64,000 nt of DNA from Geosiphon pyriformis uo1 (lineage: Eukaryota; Fungi; Glomeromycota), in assembly GCA_016748015.1 (NCBI GenBank), contig JAAOMT010000070.1:124001-188000 (forward strand), given 5' to 3'. A program made the position numbers and the translations under genes. A model generated the notes under the pieces. That model was not told where the DNA came from. It searched no databases and saw only the letters and a program-made list of their open reading frames with translations. How positions within the stretch are numbered: position 1 is the stretch's first letter; every line of letters starts with the position of its first letter. Shown in pieces: positions 37,401-48,154 of this stretch.

Positions 37401-40250
37401 TCCCCGATACATGCTCCCATAGTAGATAGTTTTTTTCCACAATTGATACATATTAGTCTTGGGAGTTGGTAAAATAAGTTTCTTTGGTCCAAGGTTATGT
37501 ATCCTAGTGATGACAATTGGGTTTCTTCTTCGGCTCTGCCTTTTCCTTTTTCTTCCCAGGTTGGTGGTGGGGGTAGTTCAGTTCGATAATCATCCACTCA
37601 TGAAACCTAATAGGTCTCGATGGTTGGTGGCATTGATGTGTCTTCGAATTCAATAAGGGGTTCCTCGATACATTGGTTTTTAAAGTGTCCACATGTAGCT
37701 AGAACTCAGGCATGCTGTCCATTGAACATGAGTTGAAGTTCTTGGGTGTTCCAGTTGAGAGTAGTGTTGGCTTTTAACAACCAGTCATTTCTTATTAGAG
37801 CTTGATATTAAATAGCTTCCATGACAAGTACTTTGGTAGGGATTTGGATTCCATTAATCTCGAAGGGGAAGTTGTCAATTTCTCCTATCAGGGTTTTTGT
37901 GTTCCCATCCACTGTAATGATCTGAGCAGTAGCAGCATGGTCTACTTGGCGACTTAGTTGGTCCATGAGCTGCTTCGTAATTATGCTACCAGCTGATCTA
38001 TTATTCAGGATTAATTTAATGTCTATTCCTCCGACTCTGGCATTGGTGTATAGGCCCATTATTGGTTTATCCTGATTAATGGCTGTTCCACTAAAAAGGC
38101 TATGTGTGTTCAAATTATTGATGTTACAAGGAAATATGATGGCTAGGGTGGTGTCTTCGGTAATAGTGACTGGTGGGATATTGTTTTTTGTTTGCTTGGA
38201 AGGTTAAGAGATTTGTTCTATATTCCCCTCTTCCACAGGTGTAGATTTATCAAAACTCTGATCTTCCATAAGACCAAAATAGGAAGCTTGATTCGAGTAT
38301 TCAGTTGGTGTTGGTTGAGATTGGACAGGACCACAAGGGATTGGTCGAGACAGTCCACTGTTGGTTTGCACCTGATTGTTGTTGAAATTCTTTCATCCCT
38401 GATTATAGTCTATAGCTCGAGGTCTGGATGGGCTGTAAGGGGAAGTTTGATAATGAGGGATTGCTTGTGTTATTGGTGGTAGTTAATAATAATTCTGGAG
38501 TGGTGGTTGAGTGTACAGGACTTGTTGTGCGTATAGGGGCGGTTGATTCTGAGGTATGGAATATTGGGGTACCATGTTTTGCTAATATCTGGGTTGCTGA
38601 TATGGGTTTCCTTGATTTTGATCCATGATCTTCCTTTTGCAGTCACGGGCAATGTGTTCAGGTTTCTAACAGTAGTAGCAGTTGCAGGAATTGGATCTCC
38701 AAGGTTGTTGCTGTTGCTGACAGTTCTGTTGCTGTGGGTATCTGCTGTTGTTGTTATTTTCTCTCCGTTGGGATGGTTGGTAAGTTCCTGTAGTTCTGGC
38801 TAAGAATCCCTCAATTTTCTGAGTTAGTTTTTCACTTAATTGGGTTATCTTTGCGTCGACATCAGAGGTTCCATTAATGGCTAAATTAACGGCTTGGGTA
38901 TGGTTTGCTTCTTGTTCTGCAGACTTAAAATTGTGAATGAAAGTGACGGCATCTTGTAAACTGGTCAGATGGCAGGGTCTTATGGATCTTAGAATACTAC
39001 TCCGCAATTCTTTAATGAATTGATTAAGAACTTGTGCTGTGGTGTAGTAGTCCCTTTCAATAACTAATATTTGACGTAAGATTTGATTGAATCATTCGAG
39101 ATAAGTAGTTACTGCTTCATGATCTTTTTGTTTAATTATGCTGAATTGATTCTGTAATTGGATTAACGTATTGGGGTCACAGAAGTATTGCAGAAATGTA
39201 AGTTTAAACTCGGTAAAGGAGGTAGGCTTCTCTGCCAGGCTTTGGTACCATGAATCGGCAGTTTTGGTCAGAAAAAACGGCAGTGCCTGAACTGTGTGGT
39301 CATTGTTCCAACCATTAGCGGTAATTGCTTTCTCGGCATCTGCGATCCAAGAATATGTGTTATCTTCTTCACCAGAGAATTTTTCCAATTTAGCAATATC
39401 CTGGTAAGTCATGATCCGGTTAATGGGTGGAGTGTTACTGGTTATGTTTAAAGAGATTGGTGTCTGCATATTCGAGTATTCTCTGGGTGCTAATGCTGAT
39501 TGCTTTCTTTTGTCGCTTGAACCAATAGGTTGTAAGATAGCTGTTTCTTCCATCAGGGGAGATGCTGATTCTGCTAGGTTTTGTGCTGGTGGCTGTTCCT
39601 AAGTTGACAGGTTTTCTTCTGTTTGACTGGCTGCTGGAGTAAGATTTCCAAACAGCGATCTGTATTCTTCTAGTGATTTGGTCCAACTGTGTTGATTCCA
39701 AGGGTGTTGATTTCCAGGAGTTTGTGGTGTTTCCAACTGGGTTTCCAGGGGTGGGTTGAATACAATTCTACTTTGGAGTGTCTGATGGTATGATGGAGTT
39801 GTTGGGGAGAGGACCCTTGGTTTCTTGTTGACTGTGGACTTGGCTTGGGCAGTTATGGGGTTGTTGGATTTGTTTTCGTATTCCTCAGGGTCGGATTCCA
39901 CTGGTTGTTGTACTTGAGGGAATCGTTGTGCCACATAATATTTAATGTCTGTATCGATTATGCGCAGAGTTTCAGCGATTGCTCGGGTAGTCGTGGCTGT
40001 TAAGTATCTTAGTAAGCTTTGATGGATTTGTTCTCCAAGTTTTCTTGTATCAGTTGCGTGGCCTAACAAGCAGTCAATTTTTGCATTGATATAGTTACAA
40101 AAATCACTTTCTGTGTAAGTGGTTCCTGCTGGTATTCCTAAGTCTTTTCGAAAGTATTGAAATAGTGCTTTTCCATATGAGAAGTGGTCCTTTCCTATTG
40201 TTCCAATAGTCACCACTTTTATGTATTTTTGGGGGTGCTCTGTTTCTGTG
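34428..40250 (-). pseudogene. Element B gag-pol: gag leader, gag, zinc knuckle, aspartic protease, Cys-rich domain, dUTPase, dUTPase-like domain, RT, RNase H
   Basis: IAKLEKFSGEED...W...AITANGW, LILN.RSAGSII, RAHDTDAGFDL, FCVDYRKLN, SLDLASGYWQ, VVVYLDN, DASKNALGAVLSQ...AEKNYSTTDLECLAIYW; stop at 34430-34428. Confidence 0.92.
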
Positions 40251-40259
40251 GATTTATAA

Positions 40260-40276
40260 CCTCACAGGGAGCACTA
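40260..40276 (-). promoter_or_regulatory. Primer-binding site of element B (consensus TGGTGCTCCCTGTGAGG)
   Basis: Lies 2 nt from the 5' LTR end; the same motif is in A (44747-44762) and C (48136-48151); complementary to a tRNA-like ...CCUCACAGGGAGCACCA-3'. Confidence 0.85.
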
Positions 40277-40278
40277 AA

Positions 40279-41370
40279 TGTTATGGGTAAACTTGGTGGG
40301 TATGGGAAATGGTAACATTTGGTGCTTTCAATTATTGATGATGCATCTTCCACATAATTCTGTTGGCTTAGTCTTGATTATCAGTCTCTGAAGGTCTATT
40401 CCTGGATGTGAATTTTACCCATTGAGTTTTTTGGTTATAAGACACAGAGTTTGTCTTTCATTGATTGCAATGTTTTTCGTAAATGTGAGCTTTCTTTTCC
40501 AAGCTAACGAGCACAGTCATTAGGGTCTGGCATTGTCTTTTCGCCCTTCTAGTAAGCTAACAAGATAATGTTAATATCCAAAACTTAGGGGAAGCTTCTC
40601 TCTTTTACCAGGCTATCACGAAGTCTATTCCTAGACAATCAATTTTACTATGTTGCCACTCCACAAAAAATAAGACAGAAAAAGAAAGAAAAAGAAAAAG
40701 AAAAGAAAAGAAAAGAGAAAAAAGATAAATTAGTATTGTCAATCACCATGATCAAGAGCAATTGGTCTAAATCATTAATAGGTTCGAAGTGGTTATGCTA
40801 AGAGCATCTGTTCTAGAACAGAGGTATGAGACAAGGGTTAATTCACATAAATTCCACGAAGTTCGAGAACATGAATTTGTGATTCTGATTTCTTTTAATA
40901 ATTGGTTTATTTCAGGAGATGAAATAGAGAAGATAATAAAGGATGAAGGAGTATGAATATTTTAATTTCTGGTTTAGAGGTTTGTATCTATTTTTTCTTC
41001 CCTGTTTTTTCTTACTTCTACAACTACTTGCTTTTATACATTCTTTTGGTTTTACAGGATTGTTTTCAATTGTCTTGTTATCGCTAGCTATTGCTTTATT
41101 GTTTCTGTTATTGCTTTGTTTTTCTATGTTATCGCTAGTTATCCTATGTTATAACATGTTATTTGACGTTATTACATGTTATTCTGTGTTATCTTGCGTT
41201 ATAACACATTATCCTACATTATTGTATGTTATTCTGTGTTATCTTGCATTATAACACATTATCCAATGTTATAACATGTTATCCAACATTATTGCGCGTT
41301 ATTCTGTGTTATGTCACATTTTGGTCACATTTCTTCATAACTTTGGATCAGTTTTTCTACTTGGGTAACA
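40279..41370 (-). repeat. Element B 5' LTR
   Basis: Same length as and colinear with 31129-32220; adjacent to the PBS. Confidence 0.96.
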
Positions 41371-44300
41371 GCATGTTCCCTCTCTCCCAAGAATGTTGTT
41401 CCACATTCCTTCATCGAGGAGAGTTTTCCCACAAGCTAAACATAGTGTATTATTCCATTTTTCCACTCATTTTGGTCTTCCAAAGTGTTCGACAAGGCAT
41501 GCATGGCAATAAAACTTAGTTGCCATCTGGTATTCCTCATCATCACCACAGCATGTGCCCATTGACAACAATTTTTTGCTGTAATTGACACATATGAGCT
41601 TTGGTCGGCAATAGCTCAATAATTGTGGTGGTGTATCTATATAAGGAGTGTAACTGGCAGTTGGTAGTGGCTTCTCTTCCTTCACTTTTCCTTTTCCTTT
41701 TTCTCTCTTATCTCATTTCCAACTTGGTAATTCTTCTAAGTCATGGTCAGTGTCCCAGGTTTGGTCGGCATTCCAGGTAAGTTTTGTTCTCTTCTGTTTT
41801 CCTTTGCCATTGTCGTCCCATGAGAGTATTGGCAGCAGCTTGTTGTGTTCTTTATCAGCCCATGAGACTTGATACACTTCCCAGATAGGTTTTGGTTTTT
41901 CTTCTTCGAAGTCAATTAATGGTGCTGTGGTGTTGGTAGCTTTGAAGTGACCACATGTTGCTGGTACTCAGGTGTGTTGACCATTTTGGCTGAGTACTAA
42001 TTCTTGAATTATCTAATCAAGCACGGCATTGGTTTTGGATAGCCAGTCATTACCAACTAAAGCTTGGTATTGGATGGTTTTCATCACCAGAACTTTGATG
42101 AGTATTATGATGTCATTGACTTTAATTAGAAAGTCATTGATTTTGCCAATTGGGATTTTGGTGGTTCCATCCGCAGTGATAATTCTGGCACTGACAGTGC
42201 GATCAACTTGGCAACCTAATTGATCCATGAGTTGTTGTGTGATAATGCTGTCTGCTGAACCACTGTCAAGAATCAATTTGATGGAGTGGCCATTGACTTT
42301 GGCATCAGTATACATGGCAGTAATCGGTTTTTTTTCAAGTGCAGCTCCATTAAATAATGGTGCATTTGATGGTTTTTTGAGTTCAAATGGAAAGATGGCA
42401 TTCAGAGATTCATTTTCAGTAATTGTAGCAGGTAGAATATTATTGGTAAGTGGTTGTTGTTGTTTGATTCCCTGATTGCTAAATGTGGCGTCTTCTGGAG
42501 TCACTAGGAGGCTTAAATAGTATTGGAAATTCAGGTTTTGGGTAAGACCAGTGCCCGAATTCTACTGATGAGATCCTGATTGTTGGTGGGAAGAGCTGGG
42601 AATTGGTTGATATACAACTATTGCCAATCTCCAGTTTTGGGTAATCCTCAATCTTGGGTTTCCTGATGTCATTTGAGCTGGGTTTGCTGGTGGTATTTGA
42701 ATGGTAAGTGTTTGATAGATTGCTGGTGGCTGTAGTTGATATATTACTTGTGGCTGCGCCTGATAAATTGCTTGTGGCTGCAGTTGATAAACTAGAGTTT
42801 GATAAACTGGTGGTTGATAAATTGGTTGGTACATCATAGGCAGGTAAGTGGATTGGTATTGGTCTTGATTTGGTTGATGGTTCGGAGTCTGAAACCAGCG
42901 ATTGGGGTTTCTATATTGATTTCCCAATCATGAATTGCTATAAGTATGGCAGTTGGCTTTGATGTGCCCTTGTTTACCATAGTTGTGACAGATGCGCGTC
43001 TCTGGCTGCCATGACTGATTGGATGACAACAATGGATGTGACTGATTTTGGAAACAATTCGCGTTTCCCTGATTATTATGCCATTGAGAAGACTGATAAA
43101 TTGTGTGATTGTCAGTTAAATATTCCTCTAATTTCTGATTAATTGAATCACTGAATTGCTTTAATTTGAAATCCAATTCAGATGATCTATTCATTGCTAG
43201 ATTCACAGCTTGAGCATAATTAGTTTTTAGTTCAGCTGTTTCAAAATCCCTAGCATAGATAACTGCAGTTGAAAAGTCTACTGGATACATTGGATGTATT
43301 TGTTGTAGGATGCTACTGTGCAATCCTCTAATAAATTGATTTAAAATCTGTGGCACTATGAAATAGTCGGCTTGGATGGCTTGTATTTGGTGTAGATTTC
43401 TATGAAAGCATCCCAAGTAAGTAGTGACTACTTTAGTGTTTCCTTGTTTGATAGTTGTAAAGATGTTGGTTAATTTGTTGATACTATTATTGTTACTAAA
43501 GTACCACAAGAATTCAGTTTTGAATCCATTAAAATTTTGGGGTTTGATAGCAAGGCTTTGATACCATGCATCAGTAGTATTCTGGAGAAAATAAGGGATC
43601 ACTTGTATTGCTCTAGCATTATCCCAATTATTGGCTGTAATGGCTTTGGCTACGTCATTTAACCAGACTTGGGCATTATCTTCTTCACCATTGAATTTGT
43701 CAAGTTTTGCAATGAGTGCATAAGCCATTTGTTATTGCTGTGGTAGTAGAAGTTGTTGTTGTTGTTGTTGTTGTTGAGGCGGTACTGGTGGCAGTTGTTG
43801 ATTTTGTTGGTTCGGTGGTTGAATGGGCTGGCCAATTGGTTCAATGGATAGTTGATTGATAACAATAACTGGAGATAAGTATTGATTAATTACTTTAGGG
43901 TTTAGATTGTTCTGATTTGGTGAGATTTGAATATTTGGAGTGTTGTTTTCATGATTGTCCAAATTTGGCTGGGTTTAAAAGTTTGGAGTTTCAATTTTTA
44001 GGTTTTTTAGAATCGGGTTTTGACAAGTAAATTCTTGATCCTTAGATTCTTCTTCCTCTTCTACTTTTTGTTCTCCTTCCGATTCAGTAATTTCCCAAGA
44101 ACTCATGATTCCAAAATTCGGTTGAGGTGGCAGTGATCAAAATTCTTCAAAATACTCACCATATAGTCTTAGTAAATCTTTTTTTCTTTGTTTACTTTGG
44201 AATAAGAAATGTCCAAATGCTAATGTCGCATTTGATGTGAATGTGTCTGTTGATGATATATTGATGGCACTTCCAGGGGTATAGTGGTAGGATGGGTTGT

Positions 44301-44745
44301 TTGGAAACTCAATTCTAGTTTTCTTCCAAGTGAGTGGTTGTATCCTTTGAGGTGTTACTGTTGGTGTTTGTAGTTTTCCTTTGTCTTTACTTGTGTAAGT
44401 AATTGGGTATCTTTGCTGTGTGTGATGTTCAATTTCTTTGTTGATCTTAGTGATGATGAATGCGAAATTATGATTTGTGGGTAGGCTGGTGTTTTGAATT
44501 AATTTGTTGTAAAAAGTTTCTCTCACTGATTCAATATTTACAGATGTTCTCAACAAATAGGCAATCCTTTCGTTGACATAGAAATTAAAAGCTGATTCTG
44601 CTGATATGTGATTATGGGTTAATCCCAAATGTTGACAGTAATGTTGAAATAAAGATTTCACAAATTTTAGATGGTTTGTTCCAATGTTTTCTGATTCTGC
44701 TACTTTTGGATGGGGTTGTTGGTGCTGGTTCTCTGTAGAATTATA
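41371..44745 (-). pseudogene. Element A gag leader, gag, CCHC knuckle, aspartic protease and start of the Cys-rich domain
   Basis: IAKLDKFNGEEDNAQVWLNDVAKAITANNW, CHNYGKQGHIKANC, LILDSGSADSII...ALVGNDWL, PKLICVN.SKKLLSMGTC. Confidence 0.9.
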
Positions 44746-44764
44746 TCTTACAGGGAGCACCAAA

Positions 44765-45596
44765 TATTACAAATGATTTCTTGGGGTCTCAAATCAAATA
44801 ACAAATCTGTAACTTGGTGTTAAAAGTTATTTGTGTGGATGTTAATAATCTGAAGGTTTCGGTTTGAGTTCTTTGTATAATAGATAGAGATTCACTAGTT
44901 GTTTTATCTGTAGCTTCCCAGAATTGCAATTCTGTTAATTCTTCTCTCAGTGTGATGGCCAGCAATCCTTTGGTAAGTATTTTATATCTTCTGTACATGT
45001 TCTACCCTCTTGCAGGGGTTTTTTACCAGGCAATTCTTCATGTCAGTAATCTAACACTTTATTCAACCAATCAGTGCACAACAATAAAATCAAAAATAAA
45101 AATAAAGAAAAGAAATAAAAGAAAATAATAAATAAGCCAAGGCAGTTTTGCAAGTTAGTATCCTGTCAATAGCCATAATCAAGAGCTATTGTTTCAGTGT
45201 GTTTAAGTATCAATTACTATCAACATGAAGTATTAATAGTGGAATTAGGTTTAAGATACCAAATAGTTATTTATTGTGTTTGGAAGGTTGTCTAGATAAA
45301 ATCTAAACTAAGAGGTCTGTCTTTTTAGCTTTTAATCTTACTGTTATATATACATAATTGAGATTTCTCAATTCCTCAATTTTTCACAACAGAAATCTTG
45401 AAATTTCTGAAATCCTGCAATTTTTTTAAGAGGAATCCTGAAATTCTGGAATCCTGCGATTCCTTGTGAGAATCCTGTAATTCCTGAAATTTTGCAATTC
45501 CTGAGAAGAATCCTGGAATTTCACATTTTACTATGTCTATTTCTGATTGGTTAATAACTATGTTAATATATATTCCCTATATTTCTATGAGTAACA
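44765..45596 (-). repeat. Element A 5' LTR
   Basis: Sense strand starts TGTTAC, repeats 25251-26081 and is followed by the PBS. Confidence 0.93.
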
Positions 45597-45600
45597 TTGG

Positions 45601-46400
45601 TTAAAAATAGTATTAAAAAATTTTTTTTTAATTAATCAAAAAAATATTTTAATACTATTTTTTTTACTAATAAGTAAAAACAACATTAATATTAAAAAAA
45701 AATTCAAATATAAACAATAATATAAAATTATAAACCAACAGATTTTAACTTAATAAAAACAATTTTACCAAAAATATTCAAGATATTTTTATTATTATTA
45801 AGAATATTATTAAAAAAAATATTATAAAAAAAAATAAAAAATTAATAAAAATTACAAAAAATTTTGTAATTTTAAAAGTAAAAATAAATAAATAAAATGG
45901 TAAGCTTAATTTATACAATAATATTTAAAAAAATTTAACTTAAAAAAACTATGTAAAAACTTAAATACAATCTTAATATAAATTAATTTAATTTTATTAT
46001 TATTATTATTAAATATTAAAATAAAAATTACTTATTTAGCAAAATTTTGATTATTAATAATTGTTTTCTAAATACTATTAAAAACAATAATACTAAAAAA
46101 CAAAAAAAAATTGATTTAATTTTAATTTAAATAATTTAAGTCTTAAAATTAAATAACTTAATAAATTAATTAATTAAAAACATATATAAAAACTTATTTT
46201 ATTTTGCTTTTAAAATTAGTAAAAATTGATTAAAAATTAATATAATAAATAATACAATTAAAAATTGATTAAAATTAGTTTAAATAAACATATTATTATT
46301 GCTATTATTTAGAATAAAAAAGAAATTATTTTTTACAATTAAATTTAAATTAAGTATTATAAATAGTACAATTACTATAGAATTAATATAATTATTAAAA
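45601..46400. repeat. Fossil AT-rich repeat copy 2, right half; end boundary approximate
   Basis: Colinear similarity by eye to about 1910-2650. Confidence 0.6.
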
Positions 46401-46981
46401 AAACTAAATAAAATTAATATCTTATTTAAAAAAACACTTTTACAAAATATTATTAACAATTGTAAATATATGATTAATAAAAATATTATTAATTATTTTA
46501 AAAAATAAAAGATTACAATCTTTTTATTTTTTGTTTTTATTAAATTAATAAATAATAGTTTTATTTTAATAATAATAAATATAAGTAATTATAATTATAT
46601 AAATTTATTTTATATTATAAAAAATAAATAAAATTTTTATTTATGTTTGTTTTTAGACAAAAATTAATTTATTATTATGTTTTTCAAATTTTATTTAAAA
46701 CATAAAAACAAAATAAATTTTAAATATTTAATTTAAAAAAATAAAAAATATTTTTTATAAGTAATATAATAAAAAAATATTAAAATTAGAATTAATTTTT
46801 TTTAATAAAATTATATTACATAAAAATAAAAAAATTTTAAAACATAAAAAAGCATTATAAAAATATAATAAAAAGTTGGTTTAATAAAAATTAATACTTT
46901 TTTTAATTTATAAAAAAATTATATATATAACTAAATTATATTAAATTTATATCTTATATTAATATTATTTAAATTATTAAT

Positions 46982-47353
46982 ATTTTTATTTTATTTATTT
47001 TATTTTTATTAATATTTTACAATTAAGACTTAAATATTACCTAACACAATACATCAAACTAAGTAATTTAAACTAGACACAAATTATATACTTTCTATAT
47101 ATGATCAATTACTTAAACTAATCAAAGCAATACTATAAATATATCTTAACAGACACTGTACTATTAATACCAGAAAAAAAACTATAAGATTTATGAAAAC
47201 CAAAACTAACCTTATGTGCTTTTACAATCAAGTAATCTAAAAATATTATTAGAAAACAATAAAAAAAAACCTATAGATCTTTGAAAGCACTAAATTATCA
47301 CTTATAATCAAATTTTTTATTCTTATAATTGCTTTAAACCTAGTTCTTATTAC
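46982..47353 (-). mobile_element. Second, more decayed LINE-like 3' end with A-rich tail; interrupted by element C
   Basis: The reverse complement aligns with 3230-3584 ('ttttggttttcataaatc...tgatcatatatagaaagtatataatttgtgtctagttta' versus 'ttttggttttcacaagtc...tgatcacgtgtagaaaatgcataattcatgcctagttta'); tail at 46982-47010. Confidence 0.65.
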
Positions 47354-48133
47354 TGTTACTCATAAAATATAGGAAGTATATTAGCATATAAATTAACCAA
47401 TCAGAAGTAGTCATAGTAAATATGAAATTCCAGAATTCTTCTTAAAAAAAATTGCAGAATTCCAGAAATTTCAGGATTTTTGTGTAAGAAATTGAGGAAT
47501 TGAAGAATCTCAATTATGTATATATAGCAGTAGTATTAGAAAGAGAAAAGGCAGAATTCTTAGTTAAAGACCTCTCAGTTTAGATTTAATCTAAGTGACC
47601 TTTCAATTCTCTATTATCAATAAATAATTATTTTCTATCTCAAATCTACTCTCTACTATTAACATTTCATGTTGATAATAATTGATACTTAACCACACTG
47701 GAACAATAACTCTTGATTACAGCTATTGATAGAATACTAATTATTATTGCCTTGGCTTATTTCTTATTCCTTTTATTTTATTTTTTTTCTTTTGTTGTTA
47801 TTTACTAATTGATTAAAAGAAAAGCACTAAGATACAAACATCATAGGAACTGGTAAAAGACCTGTGAAACAAGAGTAAAACACTTATAGATTTGAGAATA
47901 GCTTACTAGAAGGATTACCAACCACCATGCTGAGAAAGAAATTCGATGGAATTGTGATTTCAAGAGGCTACTGAAACAATTATTGAATCTCTGTTCATTA
48001 TACAAAAAACTCAACCAAAACCTTCAGATACAAACAACTTTCAAATTACTAACATCCTTATTGTAAATAGCTTCTGAGTACCAAATTACAGGTTTTGTTA
48101 TTTGATTTGAGACCCCAAATATCACCTGTAATA
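47354..48133 (+). repeat. Element C 5' LTR
   Basis: TGTTACTCATA...GTAATA, similar to the reverse complement of 44765-45596, followed by TT and the PBS. Confidence 0.9.
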
Positions 48134-48154
48134 TTTGATGCTTCCTGTGAGATA

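Larger units (their letters stand above)
31129..41370 (-). mobile_element. Element B: full-length degenerate Ty3/gypsy LTR retrotransposon (10,242 bp) nested in the pol of element A
   Basis: 1092-bp TG...CA LTRs, perfect GCAT target duplication (31125-31128, 41371-41374), PBS at 40260-40276 and PPT at 32221-32237. A's frame rejoins across it (GREGTC-NETCQY). Confidence 0.96.
25251..45596 (-). mobile_element. Element A: full-length degenerate Ty3/gypsy LTR retrotransposon (~10.1 kb excluding nested element B)
   Basis: Paired ~830-bp LTRs, PBS at 44747-44762, PPT at 26082-26097, gag-PR-RT-RH-IN order, 4-bp flanks TTAG/TTGG (target duplication with one transition), and many stops and frameshifts. 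Confidence 0.93.
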
